Virus record (IMG/VR): IMGVR_UViG_3300043467_002020
Direction: 5' to 3' (one strand)
DNA: 64,000 bases
DNA from: an uncultured virus (IMG/VR IMGVR_UViG_3300043467_002020)
Lineage: Duplodnaviria; Heunggongvirae; Uroviricota; Caudoviricetes
Both the position numbers and the translations under genes were made by a program. The number at the start of each line of letters is the position of its first letter. The first letter of the stretch is position 1. Of this stretch, positions 19,933 through 29,503 are shown in pieces. The notes under the pieces are model-generated. The model was not told the DNA's origin, made no database searches, and was given only the letters and a program-made list of their open reading frames with translations.

Positions 19933-20339
19933 AAACAGAAATTACGATTACAGAATATTTTTCCAACGAAGAAACCAAGCGGGCAGCAAATGTTGAAGTT
20001 TTGCAAAATGTCCTAAAGGTCCTTTTTTTCTGGGTAAACGAAAGAGAAGAAAACATCTTTGACGAAGAAGGCGAAGTCAATGAGGATGCAATGAGTGATT
20101 ACACGGATTTTCTATGGTCCATCACTTGCTCTATGATGGCCGCTACAGGTATGAAGATTATTGGCAAGGATGAAACGGGAAAGTACGTAGCAACGCTAGA
20201 ACCGAGCACATCTGTCAAAGATTTCTTGATTAAACAAGATATTGGCACGGACGAAGATATCTACTGGGATGACATCTTAGAAGACATGGAGCCAGATAGT
20301 GGCTTTGAAAACTATGATGACTATTTAATGAGGAACTAA
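19929..20339 (+). CDS. acidic hypothetical protein (paralog of the previous gene)
   Basis: AGGAG upstream; 'MAATGMKIIG...GKYV..LEP'. Confidence 0.7.
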   Translation: MKTEITITEYFSNEETKRAANVEVLQNVLKVLFFWVNEREENIFDEEGEVNEDAMSDYTDFLWSITCSMMAATGMKIIGKDETGKYVATLEPSTSVKDFLIKQDIGTDEDIYWDDILEDMEPDSGFENYDDYLMRN

Positions 20340-20355
20340 ATCGGTGCGAAGAAGT

Positions 20356-21105
20356 TTATTTCTTCTTGCCTTTTTTGCCTCCGCCTTTTCCGCCCTTTTT
20401 GCCTTTTGCAAGGTCGGCAGCTTTCTCCGCTCCTGTCTTTGCCCTCTGTCGTTGCACGGCTCGAGCAGCTGACTTGGCCTTCGGAGGACGGATTGGACGT
20501 CCTGCGCCTAGAACGCGTCCTCCTGGGGCCTTGCCCCCTCTTGGCCTATTGAGAATGTCGCTGCCGCCTGCACGTGTTCTTGCTAGGTTTAATTTGTCAA
20601 CCTGAGACAAGAAGTTGTCTGGCTTGGTAGCTCTTGGTGCAATCTTGGCTGCACCAAATTGTGCCCCATTTTTTGTCATTCTTCTTTGGGCTCGGCCTTC
20701 AAGCTCTCGGAATCTCTTTGACCTAGTGCGACCCGCATACCATGAATCGGCTGGGGCGCCTACGCCACCAGGCTTACGACCACTAGAGTCGCCACGGTCC
20801 GCAAACTCCCTGCTAACGGACTTCTTCATGGTTCCGCCGGTTCTCCAACTTTTCGCAGCTTTGCTTCGCGACTTTGAACCACCGTATCTGGCCATTTCCG
20901 CCAAATCGCCAAGCTTGCCTTTATCGAAGTCTGAGTTTTTTACACCAAAAATGTCTTTTGCGATATTTTTATAATTATCAAGACGCTTGCTGTCGGCTTT
21001 GGATAATTTTGCTCCCTTGCGCAGCTTTGCTTGCGTTTCTTTGACAAAATCGGTAATTTGTGCGGCGTCATCACTAATGTCTGGGCCGTAACGTACTCCT
21101 GGCAT
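20356..21105 (-). CDS. highly basic Lys/Arg/Gly-rich protein, possibly nucleic-acid binding
   Basis: AGGAG RBS; TGG-TATATT -10 upstream; composition; GKKGGKGGGKKGKKK tail. Confidence 0.7.
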   Translation of the reverse strand: MPGVRYGPDISDDAAQITDFVKETQAKLRKGAKLSKADSKRLDNYKNIAKDIFGVKNSDFDKGKLGDLAEMARYGGSKSRSKAAKSWRTGGTMKKSVSREFADRGDSSGRKPGGVGAPADSWYAGRTRSKRFRELEGRAQRRMTKNGAQFGAAKIAPRATKPDNFLSQVDKLNLARTRAGGSDILNRPRGGKAPGGRVLGAGRPIRPPKAKSAARAVQRQRAKTGAEKAADLAKGKKGGKGGGKKGKKK

Positions 21106-21152
21106 AAAAGCTCCTATGGTCTTTGTTCAAATATACCAGAAAATACTTTTAT

Positions 21153-21710
21153 CTATCTGTCGGAATTAGGCGGTCTTTCTATTGAAAGCACTTCTGGGGG
21201 CACAGAATTCGGGGGAGCCTCTATCGGAACCCAGGCTCTAGCGTAATTATGTTCTTTTATTTTCCTGACTTTGAACAAATTTCCGTCAAGCATTAATGCA
21301 AGTTCTTCTGCTCGCATGCAGAGAATGTCCTGAAAATCGGATGCGCCATACTTGCCGGAACGCCTGACAGACCTAATTATTTTGGAAGCTTTCTCTGCAA
21401 TCACATGCGAATGCCCCCGATTTAGGCGAAGATGCATCATCATCGCATCAACCTGGTCGACATCATGAAACACTACTGGGATTTTGCCTTCGGACTTTTT
21501 TAAAATCTGCGGAATACTCGTTGCCAAGATGTAACGCTCAGAACCGTCGATTATCTCCCCAGTAGATAGGCGAGCGTGTATTGGCTGAATGAACCCAAGT
21601 TCAGATAGTGATGCTGAAATTATTAACATCTCCGGGCGTAGGGTATATGTGGCTCGCCATTCGGGGACGGATAGGCGGGATGGTTCTACGTATTCAATAT
21701 TAATATTCAT
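21153..21710 (-). CDS. ParB/Srx N-terminal domain protein (IbrB-like)
   Basis: 'SLSELGFIQPI...EIIDGSERY...IPVV'; overlaps the PAPS-reductase-like gene. Confidence 0.75.
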   Translation of the reverse strand: MNINIEYVEPSRLSVPEWRATYTLRPEMLIISASLSELGFIQPIHARLSTGEIIDGSERYILATSIPQILKKSEGKIPVVFHDVDQVDAMMMHLRLNRGHSHVIAEKASKIIRSVRRSGKYGASDFQDILCMRAEELALMLDGNLFKVRKIKEHNYARAWVPIEAPPNSVPPEVLSIERPPNSDR

Positions 21711-22839
21711 ATATGTCTGCTCTCTCTAGTTCTACAGCCCTGACCGTGTGCGCCTTTGTCTTGGGTCCAACTGGCGTTGGCGAGTTAACGTCGATATCGT
21801 TCAGCATCAAATTTCTTATAAGCCAGCTAACCGGGTACCCATGTGGGTCCGACAAATGTTTTTTTCTAAATTTAGAAACATAAGCACGTGCCTCTGTTTG
21901 TCGTCTTTCACCTACCAAATATTGTTCGATGAAACTTGAAGCGCCATCAAAGCCAAACTGGGCGTAGATGTCAATCAGTTTCTCCGAGTCAAACTCGGGC
22001 CAAAGTCTACGCTGTGCGTCAATGTAAGGGAAACACTCATAAAGTCTGTCGTAGAACTCTGGCTCCGTTGCGACAACATCCCCAATCCGTCTTATTGCAG
22101 TTGCATGCAGAGGGATTCCAACTCGCGTGTTGCTTCCAGTTATTGTTGCGAGGTCATAGTACTTGCAGTACTCTGCGTCGTGCTCTTCGATGATAAATTT
22201 AAAAACATCATCCGTGTTCCAGTCGTATATGACTTTGGCAAACTTGAGTGGTATTCCCTTTTTTAACTTGTATGGCGTGTTTATGTAGTTCTCGTGAAGT
22301 TTCTGAACAATCGACCTATACCTGACCATTGACTCACTCGCCCTAACTCCAGTCAGAAAGGCAACATTACCTTTTTTGCCTTGCATTGTGTAATAGTCAG
22401 TTTGCTCAGGTAATGAAACACTATGGCTTAGCCCAAAATTTTTGCCACTAATTGCCCATGGCGGCATTGGGCGCACCCACCTATCTTGTTCAAATCTTTC
22501 TTGACTCCACAGAAGGGTTGTTATTCTGTAGCCAAGGACCCATATCTCCGCTGGATACGGCAAGCAGTACCACTCCATATCGACCCAGTCGTAGTTGCGG
22601 ACCCTCTCTACGTAGTCTACGACGACAGGACTTACCATTTCTTCGTCGCGGAAAATCACCTTAACAGGGCCTAGGCCACGCTCTTCGTGGACCTCCTTGG
22701 CAAGGAGAAGAACGGCGGTTGAGTCTTTGCCGCCAGAAAATTGAACACACACCGTGTCAAAGGTGTCGTATACGTGACGTATTCTTTGACGAGCAGCGTC
22801 AACGCAACTCATATCCAAGAACAGGCGTTGACGAGTCAT
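21700..22839 (-). CDS. PP-loop / PAPS-reductase-like protein (IbrA/DUF3440-like)
   Basis: 'FSGGKDS', 'FRDEE', 'WYCLP', 'GVRASES..RY', 'IYDW..DDVF'. Confidence 0.85.
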   Translation of the reverse strand: MTRQRLFLDMSCVDAARQRIRHVYDTFDTVCVQFSGGKDSTAVLLLAKEVHEERGLGPVKVIFRDEEMVSPVVVDYVERVRNYDWVDMEWYCLPYPAEIWVLGYRITTLLWSQERFEQDRWVRPMPPWAISGKNFGLSHSVSLPEQTDYYTMQGKKGNVAFLTGVRASESMVRYRSIVQKLHENYINTPYKLKKGIPLKFAKVIYDWNTDDVFKFIIEEHDAEYCKYYDLATITGSNTRVGIPLHATAIRRIGDVVATEPEFYDRLYECFPYIDAQRRLWPEFDSEKLIDIYAQFGFDGASSFIEQYLVGERRQTEARAYVSKFRKKHLSDPHGYPVSWLIRNLMLNDIDVNSPTPVGPKTKAHTVRAVELERADIYEY

Positions 22840-23039
22840 TAGTTTTTGTGCATTTTGTTGAGGCGGAGTATTTCTGCCCTGAGCTCGTTGTTCTCATTTA
22901 GAGCTCTCTCGGCAACAGCCTTCCAATATGCGGAGTCCGCTATGTGCTTGTCCATGATGTCCAATATCTTCGGACAGTCATTCTTGGAGACCCTAGCCAC
23001 TTGTAGTAGATGTCTGTATACCTGTTCTTGTTGGTCCAT
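22839..23039 (-). CDS. small coiled-coil hypothetical protein
   Basis: fills the gap with translational coupling; GAGG RBS. Confidence 0.6.
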   Translation of the reverse strand: MDQQEQVYRHLLQVARVSKNDCPKILDIMDKHIADSAYWKAVAERALNENNELRAEILRLNKMHKN

Positions 23040-23040
23040 A

Positions 23041-23922
23041 TTAAACCTCTATGTGTTGATTAATAAAATCTATCAGCTTCTCAGCGGTAGTTGCTCCGAC
23101 TACTGCGGGGTCGGATTTTATCCACTTCAAAAATTCATACCATCTAGCCTGCTGTGTCGTGTCGTCAAATACAATTGTGCATTGAACGACGGCTCGTGGG
23201 GCCGAACCCGGAGAGACGGTCGTTGAGCCACGTTTGACGGCATCATTTTGGTCGAAGCCTGAACGTATTTCAATGTGCTGCTTGCCATCTTCCGTATGGG
23301 TAACGTTCACCATATTACGGTCTAGTTCTGGCGCAGTAGGTGATGCGTTTGTGCTTGTTTTGTTCTCTCCATAATTGTCATAGTCGTCATAACTGTCAAA
23401 TTTTGCAACAACAGTAAATCCATTATCCGAAGACCCACTAATAGTCGGTGAAATGAATCCAGCACCAGGCTCTATTACTCTATTGTCCTCACGAATGAGT
23501 TTTTGTTCTATTTCGGCAGTGTAAAATTCATCCCATCCGAGTCCGTTGATGAGCTCCGGGTAGATATCTGCCAGTTCAAGTATTACTTCATTCAATAACT
23601 CTGGCTCGGTATATCCAAGCTCCATCGTTCTGTTGTCTGCAAGCGCAAAGGCAATAGCTCGCTCGCCATCAACCGCAAAGCTGACGGCTGCTATTTTGTC
23701 CCAGCCCAACCTTTTTGCTGCCTCTAGCTGGTGATTTCCAGCGATAACTGTCGCCGTTCCATCATCGTTGGGTCGAACAACTATTGGTTTGATTTGTCCA
23801 AATTCGCGATACGAAGCCATAATTGCTCCTACGTCACCGCGTCTGGGGTTTGATTCTAGTGGCAGCAGCGTCTCGATGTCTACGGCCATTTGAATGAGTG
23901 ATTCGTGAATTCCATGAGTCAT
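23041..23922 (-). CDS. ParB-like nuclease domain protein
   Basis: 'NPRRGDV..I..S.REFGQIKPIVV...VIAGNHQLEAAKRLGW...ALADNRT'. Confidence 0.85.
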   Translation of the reverse strand: MTHGIHESLIQMAVDIETLLPLESNPRRGDVGAIMASYREFGQIKPIVVRPNDDGTATVIAGNHQLEAAKRLGWDKIAAVSFAVDGERAIAFALADNRTMELGYTEPELLNEVILELADIYPELINGLGWDEFYTAEIEQKLIREDNRVIEPGAGFISPTISGSSDNGFTVVAKFDSYDDYDNYGENKTSTNASPTAPELDRNMVNVTHTEDGKQHIEIRSGFDQNDAVKRGSTTVSPGSAPRAVVQCTIVFDDTTQQARWYEFLKWIKSDPAVVGATTAEKLIDFINQHIEV

Positions 23923-23926
23923 AGTT

Positions 23927-24262
23927 CTATACCTGATTTCTAACGTTGGCGTTTAGTGTTCGTATTGCATCCATGGATGAGCGAACGGAAAGAAGCTTTT
24001 CTCTTTTAGATTTAACAAGAGCTTCGGCACACTTGTATTCAAAGTACTCCTGGTCAAGCTTGTAATCCGCCCACGCTTCTCTCTCTTTTATAGACCCCTT
24101 GGCAGACAGATATTCGCGAGCCCAATTGGCTTTATAGAGAGCTTCTTTTTTTGCCATATCCATAGATAGAGATTCAAATTGCTCTGTCTCTTCTTCAAGC
24201 ATATCCATCAACCGGAGCAACTCCTGCTCAATATCAATTTGGCTAATTGGCGTTGTTCTCAT
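23927..24262 (-). CDS. coiled-coil protein, possibly a UvsY-like recombination mediator
   Basis: all-helical 111 aa in the recombination cluster; 'IKEREAWAD' pattern. Confidence 0.45.
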   Translation of the reverse strand: MRTTPISQIDIEQELLRLMDMLEEETEQFESLSMDMAKKEALYKANWAREYLSAKGSIKEREAWADYKLDQEYFEYKCAEALVKSKREKLLSVRSSMDAIRTLNANVRNQV

Positions 24263-24263
24263 A

Positions 24264-24791
24264 CTAAGAAACCTCTCTCATTCCCTCGATAGGGGACCAG
24301 TCTACTTTTATTAAAGCCTCTAATTGCTCTTTAGTCCAAGATTCCTTTGATTCTCCGATATAAGCAAGGCCCATCTGCCGGAGTATCCATGCATCGCATT
24401 CGTCGTCTGCCCCAGCCCCCAAAAAAGTTAGTCCGGTCTTAGCAGAAATAGCTGAAATAACCTCAGTCTTTCCGGCATTGCCCTTGCCGGTGGCAAACTT
24501 TGCCCTACAGGTAGGTGGAACCTCCACATAGGGGATGTTCATCTCCCACAATTTCATTCTTACAGCACCCCCCATTTCGCCAATACTGTGAGCCTGGCTG
24601 TTACGCGAGGCAAAAGAGTAGCCCTCAATTATGGCAACATCTATCGCGTTGGTCTTAATTATTTTAATAATCTCGTCAGAAACCCTAGATAGCCTTTCGG
24701 CCCCTTTTAGTTTAAGGGCTATGACTCCAGTCTTTTCTTCTACGCAATAGCCGGTAGATGTAAGAGAAAGGTCAAGCCCAAGTAAACGCAC
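24264..24791 (-). CDS. ruvC: RuvC-like Holliday junction resolvase
   Basis: 'LGLDLSLTSTG', 'IIEGY', 'KFATGKGNA.K', 'DDECDA'. Confidence 0.9.
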   Translation of the reverse strand: MRLLGLDLSLTSTGYCVEEKTGVIALKLKGAERLSRVSDEIIKIIKTNAIDVAIIEGYSFASRNSQAHSIGEMGGAVRMKLWEMNIPYVEVPPTCRAKFATGKGNAGKTEVISAISAKTGLTFLGAGADDECDAWILRQMGLAYIGESKESWTKEQLEALIKVDWSPIEGMREVS

Positions 24792-24810
24792 AATTGTGGA
24801 CTATAGCAAA

Positions 24811-24852
24811 TACAAAGGCGGGTAGTAGCTCAACGCTGAACAACTACCCGCC
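24811..24852 (-). terminator. intrinsic terminator-like hairpin
   Basis: perfect 10-bp inverted repeat GGCGGGTAGT/ACTACCCGCC (24817-24852), followed on the minus strand by TTTGTATTT. Confidence 0.6.
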
Positions 24853-24908
24853 CGTGCACCTATTTGGGTCCTCAGGTAGCGATTTCTGAAGATAACTAAA
24901 TAATACAC

Positions 24909-25262
24909 TCACTCCCATGAGTGTTTGGCCAACCCAAGCGAAAAAGCAAGGGCCGGTTCGTTGCCGATTCTTGAGTGACACTTTCTGCACACGGTAACGA
25001 GATTTTCTTCTTCAAGTATTGAGCCACCCTGCGAGCGACGAACGAGCTCATGCACATCGACACTATTGCGATGAATAAAAACATGCAATCCATCATTCTT
25101 GGCAAAAACTGGGCAGGCAAAACAAAGTGGGAAATCAGACAGCATTCGAGCAACAATCTTGCGGCGCTCAACGTATATTTCTTCAGTTTTTTGGCTACGT
25201 TTGGCTATTTTCTTTGTACTGCGTTTGAGCGGCGTTCGTTTAATTGGCTTATTGGGCTTCAT
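24909..25262 (-). CDS. HNH endonuclease
   Basis: 'CFACPV...DVHELVRRSQGGS....NLVTVCRKCH'. Confidence 0.8.
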   Translation of the reverse strand: MKPNKPIKRTPLKRSTKKIAKRSQKTEEIYVERRKIVARMLSDFPLCFACPVFAKNDGLHVFIHRNSVDVHELVRRSQGGSILEEENLVTVCRKCHSRIGNEPALAFSLGLAKHSWE

Positions 25263-25279
25263 TAAGTATGAATATTACA

Positions 25280-25822
25280 TCATAAATTGTCATTATTAAT
25301 GTCCCCGAAAGTCCATTTACCATCAAGGCAATCCCATAGCGAACGGTCGATGGCCGTATCTTCAAGGTCAAACTCTTCTAATAAGTTTTTGTGCGCAATG
25401 ATTGCCCTGCGGTAAAAGTCAACTTCCTTCCACCCGTCGTTATTACTGGTTTCCCCTGTGTCAATCATTAGGCAGACGTCGTCAAGACGGCGGTCTACGT
25501 GATATTTGAATCTCTTGATTCGGGTTGCTTTTTCACCATAGTAACGAAGTGCTTCCGTCGTTAGTTTCCCACCTTTGGCACCAAGAGAAGAATAACGCTG
25601 CTGGTCTGATTCACTATCTGCCTCTATTGAATCAATTTGTCTTTGTAGGTTGTCCGAAAGAGCTATAAGAGCACGCTTCCATCTATCCCAATGTTCTGGA
25701 TTTTGAAGTTCTTCGCGTTCTTGAAGTGAAGTTTTGTTTTTTACTTCTTCGGCAACCATTCTTGCAAAGGCGTCGTCGTTCCATTTTGTATTCATTGTTT
25801 TATTAATCTGTGATGTCTCCAT
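25280..25822 (-). CDS. hypothetical helical protein
   Basis: start probably ATG 25822 or 25795; the longer start overlaps the upstream gene. Confidence 0.65.
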   Translation of the reverse strand: METSQINKTMNTKWNDDAFARMVAEEVKNKTSLQEREELQNPEHWDRWKRALIALSDNLQRQIDSIEADSESDQQRYSSLGAKGGKLTTEALRYYGEKATRIKRFKYHVDRRLDDVCLMIDTGETSNNDGWKEVDFYRRAIIAHKNLLEEFDLEDTAIDRSLWDCLDGKWTFGDINNDNL

Positions 25823-25835
25823 TAGGGCCTGCAAC

Positions 25836-26627
25836 TTATTTCCAGGCTGGGCAAATTGACTTGAAGCCGCACCAATTGCAAAGAATTGACTTGTTTGGCT
25901 CAAAATGACCCTGAGCAATTCTCAGGTCGATGCCGGCTTTAACCTCAGCAATGACAGAAGCAACATTTGCAATGTCTTCTTCGGTTACTCGTTTTTCAAA
26001 TCTGACGCCGTCTTTTAGATAAAGCAATTCAATCTCAAAGTTTTTTGCCTCTATTCCGGCACTTCCTAGAAGTTGAGTGTAAATTATTAATTGGAAATAC
26101 TTATCATCAACATACTGTTTTTTGGGAGTTTTCCCGGTTTTGTAATCACAAACCTTGGCCGTATCTCCATCTACATGAAGGCGGTCTATGTATCCGTGGA
26201 GCTTCACTCCAGAGATTTCCCCCTCTACATGCTCTTCAATCGCCCATGGCTGAACCTCCATAGGTTGCTCTAGGGCCCAAACATTTTCAACACACCACCA
26301 AGCGGTCCACCTAAAAAGTTTGATTTCTTTTTCTGAACGAATAATGGTTTTTACCATTTCTTCCCATTTTGACTCCCACAGGTCGCGAGCAATCAATCTC
26401 GCAGTGTCTTGAGTTCTTTGCTCAGGAGGAAGGGCGTACATTGTTTCGAGAATCTCATGCACGAAATTTCCAAGCATTGTGGATTCAGTGGGAGAATCTT
26501 GCAAGCCATCAATTTTAGTGAACTTAAACTTTAATGGACACTGACGGAATGTTCCAATTGAAGACGGTGAAAGCATGTTTGGGGCTTTCATGACAACCGA
26601 CTGTTCACTTGTCATTTGGTGACTCAA
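25836..26627 (-). CDS. PD-(D/E)XK RecB/Cas4-like exonuclease
   Basis: 'LSPSSI..F.QCP', 'GNFVHEILE', 'GYIDRL', 'DYKTG', 'QL..Y', C-terminal CxxC-x5-C (1+3 Cys Fe-S pattern). Confidence 0.9.
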   Translation of the reverse strand: MSHQMTSEQSVVMKAPNMLSPSSIGTFRQCPLKFKFTKIDGLQDSPTESTMLGNFVHEILETMYALPPEQRTQDTARLIARDLWESKWEEMVKTIIRSEKEIKLFRWTAWWCVENVWALEQPMEVQPWAIEEHVEGEISGVKLHGYIDRLHVDGDTAKVCDYKTGKTPKKQYVDDKYFQLIIYTQLLGSAGIEAKNFEIELLYLKDGVRFEKRVTEEDIANVASVIAEVKAGIDLRIAQGHFEPNKSILCNWCGFKSICPAWK

Positions 26628-27303
26628 TAATTGTCGCTCCGAAAGATAAACGCATTGCTTCTACTATGAGAGCCTTAATTTCTTCTTCTGTCACTGTAGT
26701 GCGGGTCGGCTTTGGCTTTCCAGAAGAGTATTTCGCCCAAAAGTCATTTAGGGACTCTTTTTGCTCTTTGTCAAGAGTCTTTGTGACGCCTACAAAGTTG
26801 TTCCATTCTTCGTCCAATTCAGAAGATGGTTCAATATTGGGGCTCGGCTCAACGTGAGGCATGGATGCGCCAATTGCGTCTTCGGCATCCATGGCATCGG
26901 AAGAGCGTGCTAGATAAAGTCCGACACCAAGTAGCTGTGCTGCTTTTTTAAGGGCATCCGAGACTGCTCCCTTGAAATCGTTGCCAAGGTCAACAGGCTT
27001 ATTGTCTTTTCTCTGACGCTTTACTGACTGTCCACCGAAGCCGTGCTTAGTTATCGTGCATCCATCAATCGTTGCCGTAAGGGAAACGTGCGCAATTATT
27101 TCGTCAGTATCGATTAAATCACGAGCAACAGAAATGATTTCGAATGACCAGTTGCTCATTCCCAGCACCTTATTTAGGCGATTTATAACTTCACTAATTG
27201 GCAGATAAATTAACTCAACACCACTTTTTATGAGTGTTCGTTCCATTTCTTCTGGAAACGGCTCCGCCAAGAGACGGGCGATATCGTTGCTGTTCTGTGT
27301 CAT
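26605..27303 (-). CDS. Rad52/Rad22-family single-strand annealing protein (Sak-like)
   Basis: 'L.Y....VINRLNKVLG..NWSFEI...KGAVSDALKKAA..LGVGLYL'. Confidence 0.9.
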   Translation of the reverse strand: MTQNSNDIARLLAEPFPEEMERTLIKSGVELIYLPISEVINRLNKVLGMSNWSFEIISVARDLIDTDEIIAHVSLTATIDGCTITKHGFGGQSVKRQRKDNKPVDLGNDFKGAVSDALKKAAQLLGVGLYLARSSDAMDAEDAIGASMPHVEPSPNIEPSSELDEEWNNFVGVTKTLDKEQKESLNDFWAKYSSGKPKPTRTTVTEEEIKALIVEAMRLSFGATIIESPNDK

Positions 27304-27314
27304 TTTTCCTCTAT

Positions 27315-27809
27315 TCAGTTTTTCGGTTTACGGACAATAATGCTGGTTTTGAGCTCGCCAACTTCGCTAAAGCTATCGGCGTTAATCCCAATTTTGTTCA
27401 GTTCTTTAATTCGCCAATACGAAGGGGCACAGTATGTAAGCATTTCTTCTGCTATTTGTTTTGGAGATTTTGTAACTTCGCCAGTATCCATATCGACAGA
27501 CATGTTTACGAGACGTTCCGCGACAGCCGAGCCTAGGTCTAGATGCTTCCAGCCTTTTCTGTCGTAGGAAGATTTCTTTTCAATGGTCGTACCATCTGGA
27601 AGAGAAATTGTGTCGGAGAGGCCCATAATTTCGGCAAAAAGATTCGCGAATTGTTCGTAGATAACAGACATGTCGCGTTTGAGAAAGTTCAACTCTGCAA
27701 GAACTTCTCCAGCTTTTTCTGCTGTTGGGTTTTCTGCAAGGAATGACGAAACATGTCCGTCAAGCTCTAAAATAGCCGAACGGAGTTCCTGGATTTTTTC
27801 TAAGCTCAT
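27315..27809 (-). CDS. hypothetical protein
   Basis: 164-aa ORF with GGGA RBS, co-oriented in the recombination operon. Confidence 0.7.
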   Translation of the reverse strand: MSLEKIQELRSAILELDGHVSSFLAENPTAEKAGEVLAELNFLKRDMSVIYEQFANLFAEIMGLSDTISLPDGTTIEKKSSYDRKGWKHLDLGSAVAERLVNMSVDMDTGEVTKSPKQIAEEMLTYCAPSYWRIKELNKIGINADSFSEVGELKTSIIVRKPKN

Positions 27810-27846
27810 ATTGGTCCCTTTAGTATGTGTCTAATTTATTGGTAGT

Positions 27847-29160
27847 TCAAAGGAGTATAGAAGCTTTTCTACGTCTAGGCAACCCCAAGCCAGTAAGAAA
27901 AGTAAAAGCTCCAACAGCGGAGTCTACCTGGTCGTCGTGATTAGCGGACTCGGGGAAGGATGAAAATTCATCAAGAAAATCCGTGAGCCATGGAGCCCTA
28001 ACCAGGCGAACGTTTCCGTTCGCTGCAGACGCGGCAAATGGACGTGCTCTTGTTACTTTGTCTCCGGTCGGCCTCATAGCGCCAAAATCGTAACCAGGGA
28101 CCACGTATCTAGCGTACTGGTCGACTAGTGCCTTGCCAGACGAGCCTGGTTCCTGCTCCATCCTGACAGCCACTCCGTACCCGTCCTCTGCTGCTGTCTG
28201 GGCAATTAGCTGTTCTACTTTCTCGCCTCTTACTCGTGCTTTCTTGATATCGAGAATATACGAAATGCCGCCATCAAACATCATTAGGGTTCCAACCGTC
28301 CAGTCGGGGTCGGGGTATGACGCGGATGGTTCGGATGCCGCAAGGTCCCAGAATCTAACAACTCTGGCAGAATTGGTTATGACAGGTATTTCGCTAGGGT
28401 CGATAATTATGAAAGATTCGCGGTCAAAAAGGCTACCGAGGGTCGTCGACCACCAGTCGCCTTCTTCTAGACGTCGCCGTTCAACGGGGTCTAGGGCAGA
28501 CAGGGCCTGCCTATATGAATCTGCATCAATTCCTGGGTTGTCTTTAAGCGTGGATGGAACAAAGACCCGTCCAGTCTCTCTGCCCTCTACGATGAACCGC
28601 TGACGAACCCAATTCGGAGCAGGGTTGGACGCTGCCCTCATTCGAAGCGGAATCTGCGCCAAAGGACCACTTGCGGGACGACGCAGACGAGAGAAAAGGT
28701 ACCTGTAGTCGGATTCTCGGATTTCTGTAACTTCATCCATCCCTATGAACTGAAACTCAGAACCTTTGTATCTCAGATAGTCGTTAACGTTATTTAGGTA
28801 ACCGAATGAAATGCGAGCCCCAGACGGGAAGGTGGCCACGAAACTATTGTTGTTCCAGTGAACATCGTCGTAATTGCTCATCCACGATTTAAAGCGGTCC
28901 ATCAAGGCACCTGGCAGAGAGAGGTCGGCAAATGTTCTACGGAAGAGGATTGCCGAATAGCCAGGGACATCCACATACTGTAGGGCGGCCATCAAAAGGG
29001 CTGAGGACTTGCCTCCACCGGCCGCCCCACCGAAGAGGCCTTCAAGACAGTTTGTCCTCAAAAAAACTTTTTGATTCAAAGATGGCTCTTCTGGGCAAAA
29101 AGGAGGCAGCTTGGGGCTCAGATACTCTAGAACTTCTTCCCAGTTAGATTTTGATGCCAT
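27847..29160 (-). CDS. terL: terminase large subunit
   Basis: Walker A GGAAGGGKS, Walker B IGMDE, 'ASNP', RNase H-like 'FWDLAAS' and 'HDDQVDS'. Confidence 0.95.
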   Translation of the reverse strand: MASKSNWEEVLEYLSPKLPPFCPEEPSLNQKVFLRTNCLEGLFGGAAGGGKSSALLMAALQYVDVPGYSAILFRRTFADLSLPGALMDRFKSWMSNYDDVHWNNNSFVATFPSGARISFGYLNNVNDYLRYKGSEFQFIGMDEVTEIRESDYRYLFSRLRRPASGPLAQIPLRMRAASNPAPNWVRQRFIVEGRETGRVFVPSTLKDNPGIDADSYRQALSALDPVERRRLEEGDWWSTTLGSLFDRESFIIIDPSEIPVITNSARVVRFWDLAASEPSASYPDPDWTVGTLMMFDGGISYILDIKKARVRGEKVEQLIAQTAAEDGYGVAVRMEQEPGSSGKALVDQYARYVVPGYDFGAMRPTGDKVTRARPFAASAANGNVRLVRAPWLTDFLDEFSSFPESANHDDQVDSAVGAFTFLTGLGLPRRRKASILL

Positions 29161-29211
29161 AAGTTAACGTAACCAATCAAATAGCGCCCATGGTGCCCGA
29201 GGGCCAACTTC

Positions 29212-29229
29212 TGCGCTACTGTATCTTAC
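29212..29229 (+). promoter_or_regulatory. putative leaderless promoter TGCGC-TACTGT-N7-ATG
   Basis: same TGCGC-TANNNT element at 63604-63614 and upstream of nrdJ. Confidence 0.45.
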
Positions 29230-29496
29230 ATGCCACCAGCATCAGAGAACATAAAAAAACAACGCAAAAAATCACCCGGAAGACTTAGGGTGGTATTATT
29301 ATCTCCAGTTTTATTCCTCAAAAAAACAAAATCTTCACTAGCAGCCAAGGCGAACAGAGGAACTTTCGCAAATTTGTTAATGGTTTGCTTTATAATGTTC
29401 TGTAGTATTGGTACAGGTATGATATTCATGCCTGCCGGTTGGGTGGTTGCTGGTGTTTGTTGCGGACTTTTCGCTTTGTTATTGGGCCTCGGGTAG
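29230..29496 (+). CDS. small membrane protein
   Basis: basic N-terminus and two C-terminal hydrophobic segments; immediately upstream of portal. Confidence 0.65.
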   Translation: MPPASENIKKQRKKSPGRLRVVLLSPVLFLKKTKSSLAAKANRGTFANLLMVCFIMFCSIGTGMIFMPAGWVVAGVCCGLFALLLGLG

Positions 29497-29503
29497 GTAG
29501 CGC

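Noticed and set aside
21700..22839. DndC/SspD phosphorothioation gene or true sulfur-assimilation cysH
   Set aside because: Lacks the C-terminal Cys cluster motif; no dnd/ssp or cys partners; the ParB pairing fits the IbrAB-like type.
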